From: Amoebophrya sp. A120
Lineage: Eukaryota; Protista; Dinoflagellata
DNA: 64,000 bases
Assembly: GCA_905178155.1 (NCBI GenBank)
Contig: CAJINV010000003.1
Span: 3,210,260-3,274,259, forward strand
Direction: 5' to 3'
The stretch's first letter is position 1, and every line of letters begins with the position of its first letter. The translations under genes and the position numbers were made by a program. Below are positions 37,544-50,200 of this stretch, piece after piece. The notes beneath the pieces are model-generated. The model was not told where the DNA came from and made no database searches. It saw only the letters and a program-made list of their open reading frames with translations.

Positions 37544-38556
37544 GAAGAATAAGGTTTAGAATTTGGTGGACTCAGGCACTCCAACGAAGGAAAATGAAAA
37601 TGAAATATAGTGGTAAATGAGCGAGAAACTACAACGACTGTTTTTGTATTCTAGTAGCGACCTCCACCTCCTCCCCTTTGCTTGCAATCGATGGGTGATG
37701 TTGTGGTGCCCTCTTTAGTATTCAGCGACCTGTAATTTGAAAGAAATGCACATAGCGACATTAGATGGATGTTTCTCTTTTTTGCATTTGCAAGACGACA
37801 GCTCAAGAGCGGCACAAGCACACCTGCTGAAGTACCGCAAGAAATTTGCTATAGTACCGCTACCTCCTGCGTAAGTATGCAGCGAAGGAACTCATGGTCG
37901 TGCGCTGGTATTGGAACAGTGATATCTGTAGTGTGTTCTTTGATCTTGTGCGGAAGAAGAATCCTTGTCGGTACGACTGTCGGTGAACGACAACAGAAAC
38001 AAACAATTATCCGAGATGAAAGTGGTCTTTGAGCAGGAGCATGTCTTGTTTTGAAGATATTTCGGTCCGAGTGGATCGGTCTTTTATTCGAATGTGCCCA
38101 TCTTACATAGACCTACCTTTACCTAAACGTAAACCTAGCGCCGTTGCCGTGAATTCCTCTATCGTGTGAAAAAATTTAACGACAGAACCGGGTGTGTCGG
38201 ATGCAGGCCAAAAGACTGCACATCCCACTAGATCAGTTGTAGGAAAACGAGACTAATAAACGATAAAGGAAGAGGATAAACATTCCGGTTGTAGTTCGAT
38301 CGGGGCACAACATTGTCATTGCTGCTAGCGATTACAACCAACCAACAGATCGCAGCCCTAAGAGGGTAGTCCCAGAGATACTTTGCCGCTTTGTCGTCTA
38401 TCAATTAGCTCTTGTTTGACGTAGGAAGCGGTGCCACATACCGAAGATCCATTACCTCGAAATCGGTAGCAAGAAAAACAAAAAGCGAAAGCTGCGTAGC
38501 GTAGCCCTTGATTTGAAAATAACGCTAAACACACGACGACCCATCAATCCCCGACG

Positions 38557-40741
38557 ATGTCGGCAGCCACGTCTTCTAGCGGGGGGAAGAAGCCCCTGAA
38601 AACGTTCAGCGTGGAGGAGGTGGAGAAGCACAACAAGCTCGGCGACTTGTGGATCACTGTCGACAACAAAGTGTACGATCTGTCCAAGTTTGCGAACGCG
38701 CACCCGGGGGGCAAGCACATTCTCCTGGATGTCGCTGGACAGGACGCGACGAAGCATTTCTACGCGTTCCACGCCACTGCGGTCATGGAAAAGTACCACA
38801 AAAAGCTCTGTATCGGCACGGTGGAGGGCAAGGAGGAGCAAATCTACCACCCATTGGACGAAGACGAAGACGGAGCCACGCAGGCGACCGTGGTGGAGCA
38901 GAGCGGCGGCATTTCGGCCGACAAGGTCGTGCCCGCGAAGATGGACCTGAAGACCGCGCCCGTGGAGCAGCTGTTGAAGCACCCGCTGCTCTCGCGCACG
39001 CCGTTCGGCGAGCCGGCCAGCCTGAAAAAGTTTTACGCGACGCCCTACTTCACGGACTCGCACTTGCGGTTCCGCCTGGGCGTGCGGGAGTTCTTCCACT
39101 CCGTGTTGTCCGAGTGCGACGAGCTCGAGGATTCCCAGGAGTACGTTCCGCAAGAGCTGTGGGAGCAGTTCGGCACCAGCGGAATCTTCGCGTGCAGTAT
39201 CGGCTTGGTCGCCATGCCCTACGCGAAAAAGTTGAACTTGACGCTCCCGGGTGGCTTGAAACCGGAAGAGTTTGACTTCTTTCACGAACAGATCCTGCAT
39301 GAAGAGTCCAGTCGGATGCTGCCACCCAGGTAGTAGTACTTTTTTTGCTGTAAAGCGAGCCTCTTTTTGTTTCCCTCTCTAACAGCGATGTTTATAATCA
39401 GATTTAGAGCAAATGCAGAAATTAAAATCTCTTATACGAATCTAGGGCTGTTCATCGCTATTCAATGTTCTATAGGCAGTACTTTCGCGTCGCAGCTGCA
39501 CAATTCTCACGTTAAAATCTAAACTACGTGCAGTGTTTCGGACGGTATTTTTGCGGGCTTCAACATCGGTTTGACGCCGATCATCAATTTCTATCATGGT
39601 GCGGACAAGGAGGAGCTGGTCAGTAGCATCCTGCTTGGAAAGAAAAAAGTGTGCCTGGCGATCACGGGCCCGGAGGCCGGGTCGGACGTGGCCAACCACC
39701 AAACGAAGGCTACGGTCGCGCCGGACGGGAAGCACTTCATCGTGCGCGGGCTGAAGAAGTGGATCACCGGGGGCTGCCAGGCGGACTACTTTGTCACCGC
39801 GGTCCGGACGGGCGGCGCCGGGTTGAAGGGCATCACGATGCTGCTTATCAAGCGTGAGGAGGGTATTACGACGAAACAACTTTCGACTTCGTATGGAAAG
39901 TCGGCGGCCACGGCATTGGTGCAGTATGAGGATGCCAAGGTACCCATGGAGGGCCGTATCATGGCGGTCAAGAAGGGCGACGGATTGAATAAGGGCTTTC
40001 AGCTCATCATGCTCAACTTCAATCACGAGCGGTGGATGATCGTGTGCAAAGTTGTCGGTACTATCTTTGCATAGGGTTGATTGATGTTGCCTTTTTGAAA
40101 TTTCGTTTGAGTACATCGATCTACTCTAGCCGGGGGCGAAACGAAAAATCAATAGAGGTATCTTCCTCTCTGAGCTGCAATGTGTACGATGCATGACTAT
40201 CCTGTTTGACTTTTGACATGCAACGTCAAAAGCATCATCTTATGTCCCTTTGTTACTGAACTTGACAGGGGCGCAGCGGAGCGTGATCGCGGATTGCCTG
40301 CAGTGGCTGACGCAGCGGCAGGCGTTCGGGCGACCGCTGACTGATCAGCCGGTGCTGCGGTTCAAATTTGGACAGATGGCGGCGGCGATGGAGAGTTTGC
40401 AGGCGTATTTGGATTACGTGACGTTTCAAATGAAGACTTTCTACGATCGGGTTCGTGACGACCCTAAAACCTGGAAGACTCGGGATTACCTCGCGGGAGA
40501 AATCGGATTGCTCAAGTACCAGGCCACGCGGGTCAGCACCTTGATCGCCGACAACGGCTGTCAGCTCTTCGGGGGCCGGGCCGTCACGCGCACCGGCATG
40601 GGCAAAAAGATGGAGAGGTTCAATCGGATCTACAAAATTTCCAGCATATACGGTGGCAGCGAGGAAATCATGGCGGATCTCGGTGTTAGACAGGCTCTTA
40701 GGGAATGGTCACCAGAAGATAAGCTCAGAGCAAAATTGTAA
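38557..40741 (+). CDS. Cytochrome b5-domain acyl-CoA dehydrogenase; join(38557..39329,39534..40057,40269..40741)
   Basis: WITVDNKVYDLSKF..HPGG (b5 heme motif), CLAITGPEAGSDVA, GLKKWITGG, NFNHER, RQAFGRPL and IYGGSEEIM. Two GT-AG introns restore the frame. The C-terminus is AKL. Confidence 0.93.
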
Positions 40742-41619
40742 AATTTTCACAGTTTCTCGTTGTTTCAAAGTAGTTATAGCACATAATCAGGCATAGGTCC
40801 TCCTCATCGCAATAGTTATGCGACATGAATTCTTTTGCTACTTGCTTGTGTTGTTTCTGTAAGTCGATTCGCCAGGGTTATACTCATTGAGTAACTCAAT
40901 GGAGTAGTTTTATTTCAAAACTGTACGCGCTACAGAGCGCCGAGCTCGGTTTGTCAAGATGGTGGTAATCCTCTTCTCGCCGCCGACACTTGTGAAGTGG
41001 TAGTGCAAGATAATTGCCTGTTTACTTTTAGTTTTATTTTCGAGCGGTCGGGCGGCGCTTTGTTATTGTTTTGCGATGAATCGGAAGAAATTAGTTTGGA
41101 ACTGAAACACAGTGCGTGATGTTGCCTGTGGCCAAACAGCAACATAAAATTTTCCAATCGCAATTAGAACATCAGATTCAAACATCTTTTTTCAGGACAC
41201 CAAAATTCATGGACGGCCTCGCAGTAGATTTGCTGCTGCTCGTCTGTACTAGACATTCTTTGCGAATGTCAACGAGTCGTTTTTTGTTTTTGCGCCAAGA
41301 GATATCGTCTGTGGTTTCGTTGGTTTGCTGATGCGGGAGATGAACCTACAAGAGAGGGGGCGACACTGGTAGGTATAAAAACTGAGGGTAAAGAAGGGGC
41401 AGTTTTTTTTTGGTGTTGCACGAGGCGCGCCAGCGGGCGGGCGAAAGTATTTTTCCGTTCAGTTTCTCTGGTTTCGTTGGAGCGTTCGCGGATGCCTTTC
41501 GTGTGGTGCGTGCGTATCAATAGGCAATTATATGCGCAAGAACAGCTGATTCTATATCGACACACACAAGAGTGGTAGTAGTTGTCGCATCATGTGCCGG
41601 CTAGCCAAATAAAGACACC

Positions 41620-44600
41620 ATGACCAACACCAATTCTGGGCGACATAATCGGAAGCAGCCCGACCCGGCGGGCGTTCTTTCATCCCGAGGAGAGTACGGC
41701 GGAAAGAAATCGAGGTCGCGGGATTTGCAGGAGTCGAATCAATACCGAACGCAGTCTCCGCCGCGGGTTTTGCGGATTGATCTCCAGATGCCAGACCAGG
41801 AGGTCCAGGAAAGGTTTCGGAGAACAAGCCGACGGTTGTCGCCGCGCCACCGCATTCATATCGACGACAACTACCATTCCCCTCCTGAGAAGCCACTTCT
41901 GCAGCAGAACCACTCTTCAACGGCAAGCAGCGCGGGACCCTCCTCGAGAGGCACCCGAGGCGTTATTCAAAGAGCTCCACCAGCTGCGGCCCGTATTGAC
42001 CTGCTCGAAGACGACGACCATGATCATTTCTTCCCACCGCCCCGCGGAGAACAAGCGTCCTCCCAAAAGCAGAGCTACAACCCAATGCGAGAACAATCGC
42101 TCGGCACCGAATTATCTCGGCACCAGCGTGCGGGTAGTCCCTTCACGGGAGTCAAGCGCACCGACCGCTACGACTATAATACGTCGTCTCGTTGGCACGA
42201 GCAACTGCATCAATACCACCAAAATCGGTTGCGCGGCGGAGGTGTTCCCGGGTACTACGCTTTTGCAGGATCATCATCCTCCGACCAGGATCAACATCCG
42301 CGGATGCTTCATCCGGCCGTGCTGCGGGAGGAGCACGAACGTAACCTGAGACAGTACGGTATCCCCGTGAAACAGCTGCCGCGCGACAAGTATGCGCACG
42401 TGAGGCCGGCCATCGACACGGGGCTGCACTTCGAGGAGAAACACAGCAATGCTTATCCGTCTGGACCACGCGCAACGAGTCCCTTCGACCTTCGAGGCCA
42501 ACAAGCCTCGGAACACGGCTCTTCGGGTCGCGTTCCGAAGCAGTTCACTCCCGCACGCAACCTGTCGAGCAAAAGTGGGAGGGCCAAGACCGCGGACCAA
42601 ATTTATCTGGAGCGCATGAAGCGGAGTCGCCCAACTACGCAACAGAGCACACCTTCGGATGCCGCTCGTGCGACCACCAACGTCAGAAGTGCGCGCGGTT
42701 CGAAGCCCGACCCGAAGGTGTTGTTGGCGAAAAACGCAAACATTGCGGTTGTCAGCGTGAACCTGCTGCGGGAAGAAGATTCCACTACCTCCAGTGCGGC
42801 ACCTAAGCAGGTGCTGGTTTCGCGCAACGGGGTGGTGCCCCGAGACGAGATCGCGACGAGGAACAGGGGTGCCGCGTCGACGCCCGGTGTCGGTTCTACC
42901 GCAGGGTCGCAGGCCAGCAATTTTCGTCCGGCGCAAAAAGTGCCCCTCTTCGATGAGGACGTGCTTAATAACGAGAATTTCGCAACTTCCTCCTTGCTGT
43001 CCCAGTCGCACGGAGTTTCCTCCGTTCGGGAGGTGGAACCGGTACAACTAGGGCTACCAACACCTCTCTCTGGTGCTTCCGCCGCTCTCAGCAATGCTGT
43101 CCCACAAACTGCCAGGGACGAGCCGCGCTTCAAGGACTTGACACCGGCAGAACGCGAGATCGTGGCAGCGCAACCAGCCTCGTACCCCGGTGCCGCCTAC
43201 CCCGCTGCGGAGTACCTGCCCGCAGGCGCATTGACCGAAGAGCAACTCGAGCAGCAGGAATTGCAGGACTGTATTTCCCGTTCGCAAGAGCGGTCCACCG
43301 CCGAACGCGGTCAGAAACGCGCTGGCGAACAAGAACGCGGGCCCCACAACAGCCATCGCAACGAGACGGCCCGAACGAAGAGCGATTTTTCGGTCAGCGA
43401 ACGTGAAGTTGTTTCACAAAACGCGCCAGACGCGGTCGCTGCAAAGACAATCGCAAGGCGAGATACGGACGAGCGGAGCACAACTGGAGCTGATCCACCT
43501 CCGGGATCGGTCAGTACTCGTGTCAGTAACGGTGATGCCGTTGTTGCGGAGTTCATATCCAAGCTTGATTCAGACACCGCTCGAAAGATATCGATCTCTG
43601 CCGGACTCCCCGTAGTTCCCGGCGTGTCCAATGCTGACCCGGACTTTGTTCTGGGCTCGAGCTCGACTTCCGAAGGGCTCGGCGGACGGCATCAGACGCA
43701 CAAATTCCACCAACAGCAGTTTCAGCAGCAAGAAGATTCCAATCGCGCACGGTCGATGTCGGGGGAGCGGCGGCGGGCTTCGCTCGGAACCAGTTGGGTA
43801 CAGCAGAAGGATGTAGAGGGTTCTGCTTCGGCGGGAACCAAGGCATCATCTTTTTTGCGCAAAAGATCCTCGCTGCAAGTGGACCGGTCTCCCGCGGTTT
43901 CGACTTCCGGGAGTCGAACACCCGCACCACGGTTCGTGCCCGTGAGCGCCGGTCCGGTACATGAACACATGCCGAGTGCACCAGCGTCTGCGCCGCGCGC
44001 TGGGGAACCGAACTCGACCAACAAGGCAGCGCATGTCGGAGATGCAGAATCTGGTGCACTTGAAGACACTGGAGTCGTAGACGAGTCCGTGTCACCGTCC
44101 CCGCAACGGCGCTCGAAGGTCTTTTCGCCGCCCGTCCGGAAGAGCGGGGTCAAACAGCGCTCGATGGGGGCCTCGCGACCGTCTAAAGATCAGTATATGG
44201 CCGCTTCGTCTCGGACAAGCTCGAAAAATTCGTTTCCGTCGAGTGCGCACCTGAGCGCCGGAGGAAATAACGAGGATGCAGTCCCGTTCGCACAGCCATC
44301 AGTCGAGGCGGAGAAAGCGACAGCAAAGACGTCCGAAGCGGCGCATAGTGCGGCGGCCAACTCGACCGAGCAAAACACCGAACAGCACAGACAGAATTAC
44401 GCGGTGCCTGCTGGCTCGGGAATGGTAGGCGCGGCTGCCACCGGCCGGGACGATGTTGACCCTAGTCGGCCCCGTGTAGACAGACGGGGCAGTTTGCAGC
44501 ATCAGAAAAGTGAAAACTTGCAGCAGCTTTCCGCGAAGTATAAGAGACGGGGGAGTGCAGTTACAGCCACGACGCCCACGACTGGCCTTGCAACGGCGTC

Positions 44601-46601
44601 TACGTCATCGTCGTCCCGGCCTCCCGTGCCTGAAAATCATGCTAGTAGGGCGGCGATTCTTGGGAAGCAGCAGAAGGACCCGGGGACAGAGAAGAATCTG
44701 CAGAAGCACCAGAAGGCTCGTCGTGCCTCGGACGCGTTTGCAGTGCTTGAAAACAGCGGCTACAGAAGCCGCAGTTCGACGGAAGACTACTCTGCTGCGG
44801 GCAGAGCAAAGGCGGCGAATCGCATACCGCAACGTACACTAAACGGAGGCGCAGCGGCGGCACAAATTCGTTCTGGGATGCTCCCATCGTCTCCACGGCT
44901 TCTGGAAAACAATAGCAAAAACGGTACCTCTATCATCATTTGATTCGCGGCAAACGTAAGTATACGGTTATGGTTCCACTTGCTGTATAGTTCATGACTC
45001 CGGCCGTCGCTGTGACGTTCAAGTCCGTCCTTTTCGCAACATTTGCAAATTTTCGTAAGTAGGATATGATGCATTTTATTTTCATCTCTATCTCAGGGAT
45101 GATTCCTGCGACTTCTTCGGACGACGCAATCCCGCCCTCACCAAGCGGTGGCTCGTCTTACCACGCCCCGCGGTCGCGGAGCCGCAGCAACAGCCGCACC
45201 GTCGCGCCGGCAGATGATCGTTCCTTTGCGGAAAGCAGCGGGCACGAACGCACGAAATACCAGACGCGCCTGGAGCTGTCCCTGCCAGATAGCCCGCGCA
45301 GCGGCCCGCCGATCCGCGAACCGTCGCCCACGAGCCCACGCGAGGTGGATAAAAAACACGTTCGAGCAGATGCGTCATCTGACCCTCTTCTCGCAGAAAG
45401 AAAAGGAAATACAACAAGTGAAGACCCAGGCGGCCCGACGACATCTGCTTCGATCGGTCCAGCCACCACGACGCGAGCAGGTGCCTCACCGCCCCCTCTG
45501 ATTCGCCGGAACATGACCGCGAGCCCGTTGTCCCCGGGCTCTTTGGAACTGTCTGCGTTTTCGATGTCCGACATGCACCAGGGAGATTTTTTCACCAAGT
45601 ACGATCTCCACCAGCAGCGGAAGCGGCTTGTGTTCCTGCGTTTGGGGTACTTTCCCGAGTCTCGCGTACCCTTCCTGGAGTACTGGCCAACGCGGAAGCA
45701 GGGGGTGGGCAACGACCTAACAACCGGGATGAAGTCGCCTGCCGCGGGCGGGCTCTACACACCGGCCATGAGCAGTTCCAGAGGTCGGGGGCAGCAGCAG
45801 CTCGACCGGTCTGGTACTACGAGCAGACCGTACCAACCAGCGGCGTCCTCACCGCGGAACGGAGGAGGAACCATGGAAGCGGTGATGGAGGAGCGGCAGC
45901 CTTCGGGACTGGCGAAGTACACTGCTCAGGGGGCCCGGTATCGCCACAAAAACGTCACGCCCGTAGCTGCGTCCACGCCCGGCGCTACATCTTCAGCCTC
46001 AGCGCTGTCGTCCCGCCGCCGGCTGCGGTCACTCTCTGGCTGTTTTTCGAGCCGAGAGACGAGCACCAGTGCGGGGTCGCTCTTTCGCAAAGTGCGCGTC
46101 ATTCCGCTTTCCGAGCTCACGCACATCAACTTTGGCCCCAGCAGAAGCGTGCAGGACCGGTACGGGGCACTGCGGGAAGAGAATATCTTCCACCTGGTAC
46201 TGTGCTTGCTTCGTCAACTTCAACTATTTTTCACTTTTTGCTTTTGGTGAAGAGTCCATGATCCAATTGTTTCACCGATGCCGAAGTTCTTTTGCTGCAC
46301 GTTTTAGGTAGCGAGCGATCTTATGCAAGCACTCTATCTTTTTCTTTCACTTTCAACGTCTAAATCTAATGCTAAAAATAAACAGCGTGTCACCACGCGG
46401 ACCTACGATTTTGCCATCGACGGAGACGCGCAGACCTTAGGCTACTGGGTCGGATTTCTGCGGCGGCTGATGATGCCGGGGGAGCTGGAGTTGAACGAGC
46501 AAACCGAATACCTGCTGTTTCGCCGAGGCACGTTCGACGTAGTAGAAGACCAGGACCTTCCTCAGCATCTACAGTACATGTCTGAAAAGCATCGCCTTTA
46601 A
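41620..46601 (+). CDS. Large low-complexity protein with probable C-terminal PH-like domain; join(41620..44923,45097..46196,46386..46601)
   Basis: Two GT-AG introns are frame-consistent. Segments FFTKY..RKRLVFL, IPLSELTHINFG, FHL|RVTTRTYDFA and WVGFLRRL resemble PH-fold strands and the terminal Trp helix. Confidence 0.6.
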
Positions 46602-47218
46602 AGCAGGTGTGCTCTTTTCTGGCAGGCTACCTGCAGGAGCATTCTCTCGTCCGATGATACAAAAAGTCCACAAAGAGCAGCAAACTGTTTCTACCTCAGT
46701 CGTTTTCACCTTTGCCCAACCGGTCATGTGAGTTTCGTCATCGACCTACAAATGAACATGTGGAGAAGCACGCTCCATTGTGACTGTACTGTCCTGGTCG
46801 GACTTCTCGAATAAGTTCTTGTGCTTGAGCTATCGACGAACATTACCTAGAATGGATGCAGTGAATGATGGCGCTAAGTCCTCGTCCTCGAGGTCTTCGC
46901 CAGAAAAAGATCGTTTTGCTGTTTTCGAAATCACGAAAAGTGTCATCTTCGTTGTCTGAGGGGGAGCAAAAGTCAGGTTTTGATACCGTAGGCGTGAAGA
47001 TGTCTCACTACTTGAGCGTCGGCACTAGACGAAGTGGGAGCAGAGCGAAATTCGAGGTTGCAACCCGCTTGCGGATCGAGTAGGAACCAACTAGACGAAC
47101 TTCTACAGTGACATTTTTAGTCTATTATACGAAGTTGAGAGTAGCACCAGTAGTTGTGATGTTTCGCTAGCATTGACGACGCTGGGTCGTGTAGCACTGA
47201 GTGACTACAACCACGAAA

Positions 47219-50200
47219 ATGCGTTGCTTCGCACTTTTCATCTGGGTCCTGCTTCCCCTTGGTGCTACTGGGATCACAGCAAAGTCGGAAGATGAAGATT
47301 CTCTTGCAGGTGACGGTCACGGTACACGGATGGACATACCTGCAGATGCTGCAATGCACGCTCCCGAAGAGGAAAATGTAGGGCAACAAGGAGCATCGGC
47401 CCTTTTGCGCGGCCGCCTTTCTACTGCAGCGACGGATCAGCATCCCGCTTCGCAAGCACCTTTTTTGGAACAGGAGCAGAGACAGGAGACCGAGATAGAC
47501 CCGCGGCAGGACCATCATGGTGGAGATGCTCTACTGGGAGCCAAGATCCGGCATCTTGCAGCGAGCGGCGTGCAGAATTTGCAGAGCTTTCTGGAGACCT
47601 TTGTCGGTACAGGGTCCCCAGCGACTGGTGCACAGCCGGTCCCCTCTCCGGAAAAACTGAACGGTCCTCCCTCCGCATCTGAAGCTGGCATGGACCAGCA
47701 CAACGCAGGAACGTCTACCGCTTCCGCGGAGCAGCAAGCCGGCCTGGTAGAAATGCACCAGAAGACGAGCTACAAGTTGTTGCACCGGGATGAACGACAA
47801 CATCAAAAAGACCTGCTTCAAGTCGATGTAAGCGATTTGCAAGTCACCTGCATTATTCCCGATCACCCTTTGAAGTGCAAAGCGATTGCGGGCACGGGGC
47901 TAGAGGCTACCTGCGACGAACCCTATTTGCACTTTACCAGCGATTTCCTTGTGAATTACGAGCAGAATCGGTGCCTGGAGGTCGCCAGTTCCTTCTACTC
48001 CGTCGTTAGCTCGGGGGTGGCCGCCTCGACGGTGAGATTGGACTGGAGCTGCGGAGGGACGCCGGACCACGCAACCGCTACCGTTCCCTTCAAACTCCCC
48101 AACGCGGACGATGAGAAGAAGAATCCAACGCATCTGGCCATCAAGCGGGTGACCGAGCCGGGAGTGATCTTCGACGAAAACAAAGTGTATCTGCAGCTGT
48201 ACCACTGTTTGCCGGACTACGACCCCGACAATCTTCCGGACAGCGACGGCAGCGAAGATCTTGCTCCTAATCCGTCCCCCAGTCCGTCCCCCAGTCCGTC
48301 CCCCAGTCCGTCTCCCAGTCCGTCCCCCAGTCCGTCTCCCAGTCCGTCCCCCAGTCCGTCTCCCACTCCGTCCCCCAGCCCGTCTCCCAGCCCGTCTCCC
48401 AGTCCGTCTCCCAGTCCGTCCCCCAGTCCGTCTCCCAGTCCGTCCCCCAGTCCGTCTCCCACTCCGTCCCCCAGCCCGTCTCCCAGTCCGTCTCCCAGTC
48501 CGTCTCCCAGTCCGTCTCCCAGTCCGTCCCCCAGTCCATCCCCCAGTCCGTCTCCCAGCCCGTCTTCCACCCCGTCTCCCACTCCGTCCCCAAGTCCGCC
48601 CTCGCCGTCTCCGAGTCCGAGCTCCTCGTCTAGCACGACTTCGAGTACGACCACGACCACCACGACGACCACCTCTACTTCTACAACGACCACAACCTCG
48701 ACCACGACGCCCGCGGTACCAGTGCAAAAGCGGGTGTACAAGGTCGCAGTGGGGCGGGCGGACGCAAGTCAGAGCTTGTACTCGTTCCTGTATGCAAACG
48801 GCCAGGAGTTGAAAAGCTCGGTCACTGAGGCATTAACGCGCTGGTTCGTAGCGTACGGCGGTTCCCACTTCACCGCTTCTGATATCACGTCCATATCCAT
48901 GACGAAAGCCACCAGTGGAGGCAGCAACTTTGCCGCGCTGCAGGAACTTGTCAGTTCATCGCAAGGAACGGTAGAAGATAAAAGTCGGGGACCAGAAAGA
49001 AGTGCTCGTGCAGAGAGCATCATGGAGGAGGAGGAGGAGGAGGTGACATCAGGATACAGCACCGTTGAAATGCAGAGCGGCAGGCGGGCATCCGAACTTG
49101 TGGACATCCACTTTAGCATCCAACCACGAACCCAGGCCGAGGCCGACGATTTGCTCGCTGTGTGGCCTTCCGAGGCAGACGGCGACAGCCCAGCCTCCGC
49201 GACCGGCAGCACTATTTTGCTCGCGTTTGTGCAAGAGGAAGTCAGCAAGACCAGTTTGGCGAACGATCTCACGGTGGTCGCTGCCGAGGATGCAACACCA
49301 ACCACCACGACCAAGGCAAGCACGTCCACCACAACGTCGACGACCACTACATCCACGTCGACCACCACGACGACCACCACGACAACCACCACGACAACGA
49401 CCACCACCACGACCACAACTACCACCACAACTTCCACCACCACAACTTTCACCACAACCACGCCGCTACCACTGCAGACGCGCATGTTTACGGTCGGCAT
49501 GGAACTGGATAACGGAGTGTACAACGGAAACCTGACGGAGTACCTGCGCAACACGACAATCGCACAAATGAATGGCCTCTCGCTAGCCTTCGCCTGGGCT
49601 TTCGTTCATTGGTTCAACGACACGATCAGCGACCCCATGATTCACATGACGTCGATGAACTTTTCGATGCATAGTAACGGTTCTTCCAATACAACGACGA
49701 CAGCAGCAGCTCTGCAGGTGTCGACTTATAATTCATCGTTTTCTTTCGAGGAGCAATCTTATTTGACGATGGGAACAACGTCAACGGCGCAACTGGTCGA
49801 CTCGATGTTTGACGTGCAGCCGCTCTCCGCATCCCAAGCGGACGCGCTGAATCAGGCCTGGCCATCGATGGATGAACAGTCCGGCGTAGACGGTGGCCCG
49901 CCGGCGGCGTCCTACGCCGACCTTTTTGATCGCGTAGAGGCCGAATTGCAGAAGAACGCCACTATAGCGAGCATACTGACACTACAGCATGCAGTGACCA
50001 ACGCTAGTGCGGTGAATCAGAACACAACAACATCGACGACGACAACGACGACGACCACTTCGACAACGACGACGACGACCACTTCGACAATGACGAATAC
50101 AACGACGACGACCACTTCGACAACAACATCGACGACGACTACCGTGACAAATACAACGACCACTAGCACCACAACTACTAGCACAACATCGAGTACGAGT

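Noticed and set aside
40881-40906. Intergenic hairpin tactcattgag-taa-ctcaatggagta
   Set aside because: Single short palindrome with no second instance or functional context.
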